64,000 nucleotides of DNA from a virus. The notes beneath the pieces are model-generated. The model worked only from the letters and a program-made list of their open reading frames with translations, searched no databases and was not told where the DNA came from. Below, piece by piece: positions 35,737 through 44,490 of the stretch (positions are counted from its first letter, which is position 1; each line of letters opens with the position of its first letter). The translations under genes and the position numbers were made by a program. The DNA lies in the IMG/VR virus record IMGVR_UViG_3300005529_000023, positions 32,001-96,000 of that record; one strand, 5' to 3'.

Positions 35737-36868
35737 CTTTTTTCTCCTCGATGATCGGAACATGTCCGATGCTTTTGTTGAACTTCTCGTTTTCTCTTTG
35801 CGCTCTCAGCTGATTGACCTTGGTGATGAACTCGTCAGTATACTGTACGAATCTGCCCTTGTCGTAGCCAGTGTTGAGGCTTTCTCCAAGCATCTCTCCG
35901 AAACGACTCTTATGGACTACCCATTCAGTTCTAAGTTCTGAGTTATGCCTAACGATCTCTAGAGCACAGGTGGCAACGTTTAGAATGACCTTGCGACCTT
36001 CGATCCTTTCCTTGAAAGGAGTGTTGTTTTCTGTAGGCGGTTTTACCTGACCAAGAACTACGATTGGGGCTGGATAGATATTCTTGTATTGGTCCAAAGC
36101 AGCGGCTACTTCTGCCTGCACCTGCCACTCATTCATATAAGGGTTTTCCAGGCTTTCCTTGAAGTTCTGATAGTAGTCAATCAAGATGACATCGTAGAAC
36201 TGCCCATCTGCGATGAGCCTATCGAAGATACGGCGCAGACCTTCAATGGTTGTAGTATTGCCGCGAGTTCCACCGTCATTGTCGTCGATAACTCTGATCA
36301 AGTTTCTTTCGGTGTAGAACTGTGTGTACTTATCGAATGCTTCTAATTGTTCATCAGTAAATTTATCATGATTGACGTAATGCCAGCCCTTAGCCTGGCA
36401 GGTAACCCTGTTGAATACATCTTCTCTTTTCTCTTCGTTCGTAATAACCAGAACTGAACTGGCTTTACCAGTTTCCTTGTTGATGTTTGCAATCGTTGTA
36501 CGAATGAGGTTGGCTACAATAGTACTCTTACCTTCACCTGTCTTACCGCCAATGAAGATCAGGTTCTTGCGAAAGAATGGAACTGCCTTACTCAGGTCTT
36601 CAGTAAGAAAGGGCATCTTCTTTCTGGCAGCTAATAGGTAATCCCTATTTTCCTGACGTAATGCGGCAATTTCTGCATCAGTCAAACGGCCGTAAGAGTT
36701 CTGCTTAGCCTTTTCGTTTTCTTCATCGAGCTTATCTAGGCGATCTAGCTCATTGTCTAGACGACGTTCTTTTACTTTTAGTTCCTTGCCAAGAACCTCT
36801 CTTTTCTTGGCTTCTAGCTCACCTCTTTCAGCGGCTTTCTGCAAAAACTCGTCCTTGTTTTCACTCAT
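35684..36868 (-). CDS. dnaB: SF4 DnaB-like replicative helicase
   Basis: Walker A GGKTGEGKST, Walker B ILIDYYQ, IVVLGQ, HKSRFG; close to the primase. Confidence 0.75.
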   Translation of the reverse strand: MSENKDEFLQKAAERGELEAKKREVLGKELKVKERRLDNELDRLDKLDEENEKAKQNSYGRLTDAEIAALRQENRDYLLAARKKMPFLTEDLSKAVPFFRKNLIFIGGKTGEGKSTIVANLIRTTIANINKETGKASSVLVITNEEKREDVFNRVTCQAKGWHYVNHDKFTDEQLEAFDKYTQFYTERNLIRVIDDNDGGTRGNTTTIEGLRRIFDRLIADGQFYDVILIDYYQNFKESLENPYMNEWQVQAEVAAALDQYKNIYPAPIVVLGQVKPPTENNTPFKERIEGRKVILNVATCALEIVRHNSELRTEWVVHKSRFGEMLGESLNTGYDKGRFVQYTDEFITKVNQLRAQRENEKFNKSIGHVPIIEEKKDGTGPEQQSTGQPGQQP

Positions 36869-37373
36869 CTGTTAGCCCCATCATTTTGGCTATCTCTGGA
36901 TCGATGTTCTCTTCAACCCTTGGTTGGGCATCAAGGAATGTTCGAACTCTTGCTCTACGAGCCGCTTCTTCTGCGGGATCTTTTGGCGCAGGCTTTGGAG
37001 GTTCAACGATCTTGATGTCTGGTACAGTGGCGGCTGTATTGTAGATGTCCTGCACGAATACAGTGATCGTGTTGACAAAGGCGGCGATACCTCTAGCTCT
37101 AGATTCCTTCTTTTCTTTTCTCGTACATTCTTCTGGTGCCCAAACAGAGTTGGCCAAAGTTTCTTTTGTCGTTCTGTTGCTAAAGTACTCTTTGGGTACG
37201 CCCAAGTCTCTAGCCATTGTTATTGCAGCCCTGAAGACTAGAGGAATACTATCGTCATCGAGCTTGTAGTGGAAAGAACTAGAGTAACGACCCTGCTTGA
37301 TTTCGCCATACTTGGCGATACAAGCGTCGATAATCTCTTTGAATTCTTCTCTAGTAAGACTTCTTTCTTCCAT
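36861..37373 (-). CDS. Hypothetical protein (170 aa)
   Basis: Operon packing. Confidence 0.6.
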   Translation of the reverse strand: MEERSLTREEFKEIIDACIAKYGEIKQGRYSSSFHYKLDDDSIPLVFRAAITMARDLGVPKEYFSNRTTKETLANSVWAPEECTRKEKKESRARGIAAFVNTITVFVQDIYNTAATVPDIKIVEPPKPAPKDPAEEAARRARVRTFLDAQPRVEENIDPEIAKMMGLTDE

Positions 37374-38281
37374 TACACACCGAGTTGTTTCAACAGCTTT
37401 TTGGCCGTCTTCACTTCCTCTTCATATTCAGGCTTATTCTTGTTATTTTTGATGAATTTCTTGAGAACGTGCGCCTTACGCGTAGGAGTTTTGTTGTGAA
37501 ACTCTTCCTGACGTTTTTCCCAAATGTCAGCGGTTTCCACATCGAACAGAATCTCCTCTGGAGTCATATTGTGAAGACTATCATATGGATCGATTCCGGC
37601 ACCAGTAAAATCACTTAAACTAAGGCTCTTCTGCTCAACTGGAACTGAAACGTAGTACTTACCATCGAACCTGAACACGGGTCCATCGGGTCTTACTTTC
37701 TTGCGAATCGACTTGAAGACTGCCGTATCTAGTTTCTTATATCCTAGCTTCTCATGCTTCTCGATCAGATCGCGAAGGATTGCTGGCGGCTTCTTGGTGC
37801 CAACGTAAAAGAAGAACTCTTCAGTGGGCAGACCCTTGATGTTTCGCGCCTTCTGCCTACATACTCTGACCACATCTTCCATTCTCTGCTTGAGGAATAG
37901 TGTGCAGTTCGCCCTGTTCTTATCCAGGAGTTCGCCTTCGTCTGGAGATTCGCCAAACAGTCTGTTGAACAGCTGGATGAAGTCCTGATACTTCTGCGGC
38001 ATCTTCTCTAAAGAGAATAAGCCCAAGAAGCTGACCAAATGGATATTGGCGATGTTAGTGAGATCCTCGCGCTCGAATCCGATCATGTGGAACAGATTCT
38101 TGTAGGTGAAGAAGGTGTTCTTTGCCAGGTTTGCAGCTATGTTGAGGTAGGGCTGCATCTCTTCAGAGGTAGGGTTGTAGTCTACCTTCCTGAAGTACTG
38201 ATGTCTCAAATAGCAAAGTTCGAATTCGTTTCTTGAATGGATCTTTTTCTTTTCTGCCTTGGGTCTGAAAGTCTGACTCAT
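37373..38281 (-). CDS. Divergent sigma-factor-like protein (region 2/3-like, no region 4)
   Basis: IAANLAK..MIGFEREDLTNIANIHL resembles region 2.1-2.2; FLKQRMEDVVRVCR resembles 2.4; SLSLSD..TPEEIL resembles 3.2. Confidence 0.45.
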   Translation of the reverse strand: MSQTFRPKAEKKKIHSRNEFELCYLRHQYFRKVDYNPTSEEMQPYLNIAANLAKNTFFTYKNLFHMIGFEREDLTNIANIHLVSFLGLFSLEKMPQKYQDFIQLFNRLFGESPDEGELLDKNRANCTLFLKQRMEDVVRVCRQKARNIKGLPTEEFFFYVGTKKPPAILRDLIEKHEKLGYKKLDTAVFKSIRKKVRPDGPVFRFDGKYYVSVPVEQKSLSLSDFTGAGIDPYDSLHNMTPEEILFDVETADIWEKRQEEFHNKTPTRKAHVLKKFIKNNKNKPEYEEEVKTAKKLLKQLGV

Positions 38282-38297
38282 GCACGTCCTTGAAAAT

Positions 38298-38506
38298 CTG
38301 GCAGTGGGCTACTGATTTACTAGCTTCCGCCCTTGGTCCCATATAATTCCCTGGTTAACCAAAAGCCTTCTCAGTCCTTGTCCGATACTACTGCTCGGTC
38401 GCCTGGCGATCAACCCAGGACGCCTCGGATTGTTTAGCACTGTTTTATTATGCCCTTCCCAACGGTACACTCGAAGGATTTTAGCCCTATCGAATGTTCC
38501 TGCCTG
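38298..38506 (-). ncRNA. Candidate structured non-coding RNA (~209 nt), class unknown
   Basis: Largest non-coding gap in the window, with nested complementary stems (GGCAG/CTGCC, GGGCTA/TAGCCC, CCTTC/GAAGG, TCCGA/TCGGA, CCTGG/CCAGG, TGGTTAACCA). Confidence 0.45.
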
Positions 38507-38509
38507 AAG

Positions 38510-39433
38510 TTACCAAAATTTGTACCAGGGCTTCTTCTTCGGAGCGGGTTCTGGTGCAGCTTCCTGTTGAGGAGCTTGCGGTTGTTCGCTGACCCTGTCT
38601 TCTTGCGCCATGAGTTCTCTGAAATTCGCAGGCTTGGTGTTGGCGAGTCTTTCGGCTCTGTCCTTCACTTCCTGTTTGATCTTTTCAATGTACTCAGGAG
38701 TAATTTCCTCTACTCTTCCGAAGTTGTAGTCTTCATCTTTGGATTTGAGTTCTTCCACGAACTTACTCAGTGTAAGGTCGCAGTACTCATCGATCCAATC
38801 GGTGATGAAGTAGTACTTCTCGTTATCGTAGGAGAATTTTCCGAAGAGGATTGGGTCTTTTTCCCTGATCTTCTCTTTGTTAGTTTTAATCTTTTCACCA
38901 GAATAGTCAAGGTACAAAATCCAAAGTTCGTCAAAAATCCCTTTTTCCTTTACCGACTTAATCACCTTTTGTACCTTAGCTGGGATTGCGCGGGGGAATT
39001 CTTCGAGCTTCTTGAAGAAGACTGGGTTGTCATAGGACTTGTCGTTTTCCGAAACATGGCCCTGGAACTTCGTAATGTCCTTGTGCATGACATACACATC
39101 ATATCCACATGCAACGGCCTCAGACTCGCGAATGGTAGCCATGAGCATACGAGAGAACTCCTCGTACAATGCCTTTTGGCCCATTTCCTCGGCGTCCTTG
39201 ACCAGCGCCTGAAGCTTCGAGAGCCTGGCTTTCAACTTCTTGACTTGGCTCTTGTTGAGCTTAGACTTCACGTAACTGAAGTATAGCCTTGGGCCAATTC
39301 TCTTCCTGCGAGGACTTCCAGCCTGCTCCTTTTGAGCATCGTACCAACCCATAGTAACTCCGGTCCCAGTAGAAGTAGGGACCGACAAGGTAATGGTCTG
39401 ATTCATGTTTCCTTGGTAGATCTGATAGCTCAT
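38510..39433 (-). CDS. Conserved-looking phage hypothetical protein (coiled coil + KDPILFG..YFITDWIDEYCDLT)
   Basis: Strong coding signal; function unknown. Confidence 0.6.
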   Translation of the reverse strand: MSYQIYQGNMNQTITLSVPTSTGTGVTMGWYDAQKEQAGSPRRKRIGPRLYFSYVKSKLNKSQVKKLKARLSKLQALVKDAEEMGQKALYEEFSRMLMATIRESEAVACGYDVYVMHKDITKFQGHVSENDKSYDNPVFFKKLEEFPRAIPAKVQKVIKSVKEKGIFDELWILYLDYSGEKIKTNKEKIREKDPILFGKFSYDNEKYYFITDWIDEYCDLTLSKFVEELKSKDEDYNFGRVEEITPEYIEKIKQEVKDRAERLANTKPANFRELMAQEDRVSEQPQAPQQEAAPEPAPKKKPWYKFW

Positions 39434-40500
39434 TGTTCCTTCTTTCTGATCTCTTCCAGAATGGCCTGATAGAGCTTGTCATCGTCGCGAATAGCGAGAG
39501 CGCACTCCTTCTTGCCCCTGAATGAGAGATCACCGAAACTGTAGGTCTGACCCTTAAGGTTGATCACTCCGGTATTCTTTGCCAGCCAGAAGAGTTCTTC
39601 GTGCTGATTGATGATACCCTTCTTATAGTCCATATAGAACACGCCAGAGCGTCCTGCTTGACCGATTGAAGAGGCTTCCATCCTGACGAAGATCTTGTGA
39701 CCCGTGCGAAGGTTTTCACCGCGAGCATCTTGAGGATCATCGTCAAAGGTCTTATCAACGATCTCCATGTTCTTTTCATCCGTATTGCTAGCCTTAGCTA
39801 GAGATACGAAGTACTCGAACCCATGCTGGGCAGCCCAGCTTTCAGCCATCTTTTCCTTTGGCGCATACTTGTTGGCGGCATCGACGTTACCTCTCATTTG
39901 GGAGGTAGCGTCTAGCTGAATCTTATTCCTCTTACAGAAAGGAACAAGCTTCATTAGGCCGATCGAGACCGTGAGGGCATGGTCGCCTACAAGGTGATCT
40001 GCCACTGAATCAGCATCGCCGCGTTTGACTCCCATGACGTTAGTCAGAGAGTCAATTCCAAGATAGGCCAAAGGCATTCCATCCTGAACCATTGGCTTAA
40101 TGTCTTTTTCAACACGATCGAAGATCTCAACTGGATCATTGGTGTCGTAAATAGTGAGATAGTCGAGGTCGATCTCTGGAAAGACTCCATGTTGGAGCTG
40201 TCCGCGAATCTCGGTATTGAAGATAATCGCATGCCTACGATCGTCAGGTTTGAGACCTGCAGCCTTATCACGCCTCTGCATGTCTAGGACTTTGGCGTAA
40301 AGCGATAGAGATTTACCAGCTTTAGGCTTCGAGTACCAAAGAACTGAAGAGTTCTTCGGAATACCCATAGACTTGTTGGCGAAGATCCAGTTGAAGTACG
40401 GGCTGGGGGTATACAAACAGTTCTCAGGGGCAAACGAATCATACTCGTAGTCTACCGAGTCTTCATATTGCCTGAGCTGTTTCATCCACTTATTTCCCAT
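39430..40500 (-). CDS. recA: RecA/UvsX-like recombinase
   Basis: Walker A variant SKPKAGKS, Walker B LGIDSL, SQMR, IINQHEE; next to UvsY-like and SSB genes. Confidence 0.75.
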   Translation of the reverse strand: MGNKWMKQLRQYEDSVDYEYDSFAPENCLYTPSPYFNWIFANKSMGIPKNSSVLWYSKPKAGKSLSLYAKVLDMQRRDKAAGLKPDDRRHAIIFNTEIRGQLQHGVFPEIDLDYLTIYDTNDPVEIFDRVEKDIKPMVQDGMPLAYLGIDSLTNVMGVKRGDADSVADHLVGDHALTVSIGLMKLVPFCKRNKIQLDATSQMRGNVDAANKYAPKEKMAESWAAQHGFEYFVSLAKASNTDEKNMEIVDKTFDDDPQDARGENLRTGHKIFVRMEASSIGQAGRSGVFYMDYKKGIINQHEELFWLAKNTGVINLKGQTYSFGDLSFRGKKECALAIRDDDKLYQAILEEIRKKEQ

Positions 40501-41017
40501 TTGTTCTCCCTTGAGTGATGTACAAGTTGGAGTTCACTCCACTCCTAATGATGAGATCCATTTGTTTTCTCATGTATCTGCAAATATTTTCGAAAGAGCG
40601 AATGTCCCCATCAATCATCGTCAAAAAGGACTTGAGCTGATTGATGCGATCCAAAGCGGCAACATAGTCGGGCTGACGCATAAGATAGGCGTTGCGTAGG
40701 TCCGAACTATCCATGTACTTGGGCTTGCCCTTCATAACTTCTGGATAGTACGTATCGATCAGGTAATCTGCTTTGACCCTCTGAAGAGCCTTGTCAGCCT
40801 CACCCAACTGAAAATTTAGCGCAGCACTGTTTCTTACCAGTTCCCTGTACGCTTCATTGAAGCAATGCTCAAGGTCCGTATAAGTAAGAGGATTGACCAT
40901 CTTAGCTTCTACAGCCCTGATCTTTGCTTCATTGGTTTTGGATCTGTCGAGCCTAAGCTCTGGTGATTTCCCAAAAGCGGGAACCACCAGAGCATGGGCA
41001 ATTGGACTGTCCGACAT
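40490..41017 (-). CDS. UvsY-like recombination mediator (putative)
   Basis: All-helical; RNAYLMRQPDYVAALDRINQLK pattern; located between SSB and recombinase. Confidence 0.45.
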   Translation of the reverse strand: MSDSPIAHALVVPAFGKSPELRLDRSKTNEAKIRAVEAKMVNPLTYTDLEHCFNEAYRELVRNSAALNFQLGEADKALQRVKADYLIDTYYPEVMKGKPKYMDSSDLRNAYLMRQPDYVAALDRINQLKSFLTMIDGDIRSFENICRYMRKQMDLIIRSGVNSNLYITQGRTNGK

Positions 41018-42186
41018 TAGAGAAGACCCATCGACTTCAGGAACTCTTCATCTGACTGTTGAGCAATCGACTGGGCCGATGTCTTTGTGTCAGATAGAGT
41101 AGTTACCTTTGGAGCTTGTGGTGCCGCCATTGTTTGGGCGACCTGAGATGTAGCAGCTTGAGCCGCTGGAGGAGTAGCCGCTGCCGGAGCTGGAGCAGCT
41201 GTCGCCTGAGTAGCAGGAGTTGTTGGCGCCGATGCAGGTGCGCTCGCCTGAGTTTGAGCCGCAGGAGTTCCTGTGGTCCCATATTCATCTTCAATATCAG
41301 CATCTGGCTCCTGATAGGTTTGGCCAGTAGCCTGGGCAGCAGCCGTAGCCTCATTCTTTTTGTCAAGAATTTCATCTACTGCCTTCTCCCCTTCCTTCAC
41401 AATCCTTGCCACTTCTTCAGCCGTAGGCTTCTTGAAGAGAGAATCGAGACGTGCGGCTTCCTTATACAGAAAGCTTCCATCCTTATTACGAGTGAGGCAG
41501 CGAGCAGCGATGTCGTCAGTAATCGAATGAACGATGTCCTGTTCGACGGTTCCGAGACCTTCGACATGAAGCTGCTTCTTCTTTACTTCGACCTGATAGA
41601 CGGTCTCAAGAGCGTTTCCAGATCTTCTGAAGGTGAAGAAACGGCCATTCTCAGGCGAAAGAGGTTCAATTTGCTTATCGCGAAGGCCCTTGATTGTCGC
41701 CTGGAGAGCAAGCATTGCACGATGGCGAATCTTAAGAATGCCGATATTGCCCTGCTCATCAATGACGTTGAGATAGTGGTTGCTATCCAAGTTGAAACGA
41801 GATTTCGAACCGCCAACAAGCTTAAGTAGCTTATCCGCCAATTCCTTATTGCCTTCAGCCTTAGCCTTTTCTAGTTCGGCCTTGAGCTGATTGATGCGAT
41901 CAAGGGCGGGATCTGGAACCTCGATCATCTTTGTCTTGCGATTCTTGACCAAGGGACTCTGGAAGGTTCTCATCTCGCCCTTAGAATTCTTGTATCCGTA
42001 ATGGATATTGTAGAAGACGCTCCAGCGGCCTTCCGCAGCTAGGTCTCCCATTGGAGGAAGAATTCGAAAGGTAGATTCGCCGTCTTTCAGCTTGAACCAC
42101 TTCCTCTTGACGAACTCTCCGCCGAACTTTGCGGCGCCGAACAGATTTGTATTACTTGGATTTGTATTACCCGATTGATTGCTCAT
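41017..42186 (-). CDS. T4 gp32-like single-stranded DNA-binding protein
   Basis: FKLKDGESTFRILPP..FYNIHY, Ala/Pro/Gln-rich linker, acidic-hydrophobic tail SDEEFLKSMGLL. Confidence 0.75.
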   Translation of the reverse strand: MSNQSGNTNPSNTNLFGAAKFGGEFVKRKWFKLKDGESTFRILPPMGDLAAEGRWSVFYNIHYGYKNSKGEMRTFQSPLVKNRKTKMIEVPDPALDRINQLKAELEKAKAEGNKELADKLLKLVGGSKSRFNLDSNHYLNVIDEQGNIGILKIRHRAMLALQATIKGLRDKQIEPLSPENGRFFTFRRSGNALETVYQVEVKKKQLHVEGLGTVEQDIVHSITDDIAARCLTRNKDGSFLYKEAARLDSLFKKPTAEEVARIVKEGEKAVDEILDKKNEATAAAQATGQTYQEPDADIEDEYGTTGTPAAQTQASAPASAPTTPATQATAAPAPAAATPPAAQAATSQVAQTMAAPQAPKVTTLSDTKTSAQSIAQQSDEEFLKSMGLL

Positions 42187-42197
42187 ATTTATTCTCC

Positions 42198-42494
42198 TTA
42201 GTTAAAAACTTTGATTTCTGTGTTGTTATCAACATCGAGAAGCGCTTTTGCTTCTGCCGAATCTCTGGCTAGTCCCTTGTAGTTACCAACGTCGGCGGTC
42301 TCATCGTACATGGCTAGATCACCATCATACGTGATTGGCTCTAATACGAGGCCGTATTCGTACTTCACGACTGCGAAATAAGGAACCTTCACCATCAAAA
42401 TGATGTTCTCCCCGCTAGGTGAGTTTCTGCAATCATAGACTGCGAAAACAGTTTCCGATGCAGAGATAATGTTGATTGTTTCTCTATTGCTCAT
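42198..42494 (-). CDS. Hypothetical protein (98 aa)
   Basis: AAGGA RBS. Confidence 0.55.
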   Translation of the reverse strand: MSNRETINIISASETVFAVYDCRNSPSGENIILMVKVPYFAVVKYEYGLVLEPITYDGDLAMYDETADVGNYKGLARDSAEAKALLDVDNNTEIKVFN

Positions 42495-42513
42495 ATTATT
42501 CCTTTGACTCGAT

Positions 42514-43290
42514 CTACTTTTTTAGCGAGTCGCTGATTTGTTTTAGTGCTTGTTCAACAGATTCATTTGTTGGGTCTTTGACATAGGCAGATGGTCCGGC
42601 AGCCTTGATAGCTTTGGAAATCTTGCCTGCGCCTACCAAAAAGACTCTAGAAGATACCTTCGCAAGGCCGTTGATTACTTCTAGGGCAAAAGCGTCGTCG
42701 CCCGTGGGCAACAGAATTGGGGTTGTAGAACCTTTGTGGCCAGCGCTGATCGCCTTATTCGTAAGATTCTGAACTGCGTTGATAGCTACGATCTCTGGAC
42801 CAACGCGATCGTTAATGACCGTTCTAATAAAGGTCAGGAAATCTTCGTCTTTAGTGATCGTACGACGATACTTCTCATTGAAAAGGAGCTGATTGTACTC
42901 GGTGACATCGAGTTCGCCCATCTTCTCTTCGAGATGACGGCCAAGGATATCGTGAAGGGCTGTGTTGCTCTCGCGTTTGACATCTGAAACTTTTGTAATC
43001 CTATTGGCGAGATCCTTATAGAAACTCTCTGGATCATCAGAGAAACAACCGAAACTCTCTGTTGCCGTGGAAACGAATTCATTCCTCTTGTCACCGACGA
43101 CGAGGATGTAAGCAGCGGTCGTGCGAAGCTTGTTACGATAGTCTCTCTTGAGCCTCTTGAGGCTTTCGATTGCCTGCGCCTTGCGGCCACGACGAGCATT
43201 CAAAGTTTCGATGAACTTCGTTTCGTCGATGGTCTCTTCTGCGAGTGGCTGTACTTTCTTGATTTCTTCTAGGGTCGTGTTTAATGACAT
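42514..43290 (-). CDS. Hypothetical protein (258 aa)
   Basis: AAGGAG RBS; no family recognised. Confidence 0.6.
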   Translation of the reverse strand: MSLNTTLEEIKKVQPLAEETIDETKFIETLNARRGRKAQAIESLKRLKRDYRNKLRTTAAYILVVGDKRNEFVSTATESFGCFSDDPESFYKDLANRITKVSDVKRESNTALHDILGRHLEEKMGELDVTEYNQLLFNEKYRRTITKDEDFLTFIRTVINDRVGPEIVAINAVQNLTNKAISAGHKGSTTPILLPTGDDAFALEVINGLAKVSSRVFLVGAGKISKAIKAAGPSAYVKDPTNESVEQALKQISDSLKK

Positions 43291-43301
43291 GAGTTCTCTC
43301 C

Positions 43302-43454
43302 TTAAGTGCGGTCTTGTAAATGCTCACCTTGTAGAATGTGAGCCTTTTGTTCGTGGATTTCGTTCGCCACGTAGTTTTCAGCTTCTTCCAGGGAATCAAA
43401 TTCATCCCAGTACAGGTCAGCGCTCTCTGTCATGTAGACAACGATGAATTTCAT
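43302..43454 (-). CDS. Small acidic protein (50 aa, MKFIVVYMTESADLYWDEFDSLEEAENY...)
   Basis: Hand-translated; ATGA overlap with the upstream stop. Confidence 0.55.
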   Translation of the reverse strand: MKFIVVYMTESADLYWDEFDSLEEAENYVANEIHEQKAHILQGEHLQDRT

Positions 43455-43690
43455 TTTTCATACCCCAAGTATTTCCTCAAATCCCTGATCGTCTTAAAAC
43501 GCTTCTGGAATTCGGCAGCTTCTTTGTTGCCTTCGTAGGTATCTTGAAAACTTTTTTGTACGACCAGTTTACCATCTTCGGAGGAGAACTCAACGAAAAT
43601 TCGACCGGACATTTCGTTTTGCAGCACTTTGAGAGTTAGTTCTTTATCTAGCTTCTTTTTCTTGATTACTCTATTTTCAAAGTTCGCCAT
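43451..43690 (-). CDS. Hypothetical protein (79 aa)
   Basis: Preceded by the TGATATA motif. Confidence 0.6.
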   Translation of the reverse strand: MANFENRVIKKKKLDKELTLKVLQNEMSGRIFVEFSSEDGKLVVQKSFQDTYEGNKEAAEFQKRFKTIRDLRKYLGYEK

Positions 43691-43698
43691 TGTAGACC

Positions 43699-43705
43699 TA
43701 TATCA
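43699..43705 (-). promoter_or_regulatory. TGATATA motif
   Basis: Intergenic, 8 nt before an SD-less ATG at 43690. Confidence 0.45.
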
Positions 43706-43707
43706 CA

Positions 43708-44490
43708 TTACTTCGATTCAGAGACTATTTTTCCAGTCGCAATTGCAGTTGCCTGACTGGTGCCTGTCATCGTAATTCCATAAGCAGTAACATCCTCTCC
43801 AACTTCCCATCGAGTTACCCCGATACCATAGTTAGAAGTGGCCGAGCGGCACTGATCATTGGTTAGTTTGCACTTTGCTTTCTTTCGATTCCCGACCACA
43901 ACAATCCGTGGATCGTATACAGCTGGGTAGTAGTGGTTTTTAACAAGATCACTATGCTCATTTCCTGCAGCGGCAATAAACTTCCCGCCTTGATTCAGAA
44001 ATTTTTCAATAGCATTGTACTCTTCGAGATCAAAGTTGGGACCGCCACCAGAGTAGTTGATGAATTTAGCTTTGATGTTGGTCGCATACTTGACTGCACG
44101 AGTAAACGAATTCAAATTCTGCTGTCCGGTGTGTTTCTCAGAAAAGTACTTCAAAACGACAATGCAATAGTTCTTCTTCGGGCCGGCGTATTGGTCGATA
44201 ACTCCAACGATGTTGGTTCCATGGGAATTGAGATCCACTGGAATTGGATCTGCAGTACCGTAGTCTTTGGAAAATTTCTTATCAGCGCTAAAATCCTTAT
44301 GTCCGTATTTGCACAAATTTGCTTGGTGCCCTAAGTTCTGGAAGCCAAAGCCGGTATCGATAACTGCAACTGTTATTGGTCCTTCGCAATATGCGCTTGT
44401 GCCAAATAATCCCGTGAGGGATGTAAATAGGACTATTAGGGAAAATAGCTTCATTAAGGAAATAGTATCTACTCGCATAGACTGTGTCAA
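43708..44490 (-). CDS. Secreted subtilisin-like serine peptidase (S8)
   Basis: VAVIDTG (Asp), HGTNIVG (His), AAAGNE (oxyanion Asn), GTSQAT (Ser); signal peptide from the Met at 44454. Confidence 0.85.
   Translation of the reverse strand: MTQSMRVDTISLMKLFSLIVLFTSLTGLFGTSAYCEGPITVAVIDTGFGFQNLGHQANLCKYGHKDFSADKKFSKDYGTADPIPVDLNSHGTNIVGVIDQYAGPKKNYCIVVLKYFSEKHTGQQNLNSFTRAVKYATNIKAKFINYSGGGPNFDLEEYNAIEKFLNQGGKFIAAAGNEHSDLVKNHYYPAVYDPRIVVVGNRKKAKCKLTNDQCRSATSNYGIGVTRWEVGEDVTAYGITMTGTSQATAIATGKIVSESK

Noticed and set aside
38298-38506. Calling this element a bona fide tmRNA, tRNA, 6S, SRP or RNase P RNA
   Set aside because: It lacks a T-arm, the G3-U70 pair, a positioned CCA and the conserved cores of those families; kept only as an unclassified candidate.
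38312-38509. Open frame continuing past the TAA of the 307-aa gene (LQAGTFDRAK...LVNQ*)
   Set aside because: No start/RBS and no protein-like features; TAA readthrough is unlikely. The region is better explained as structured RNA.
38450-39286. 278-aa + strand ORF
   Set aside because: Antisense shadow of the 307-aa minus-strand gene; F/L/V-rich pattern expected from reverse-complemented Lys/Glu codons; no RBS.
41116-41829. 237-aa + strand ORF rich in Ser/Arg/Cys
   Set aside because: Antisense shadow of the SSB low-complexity linker.
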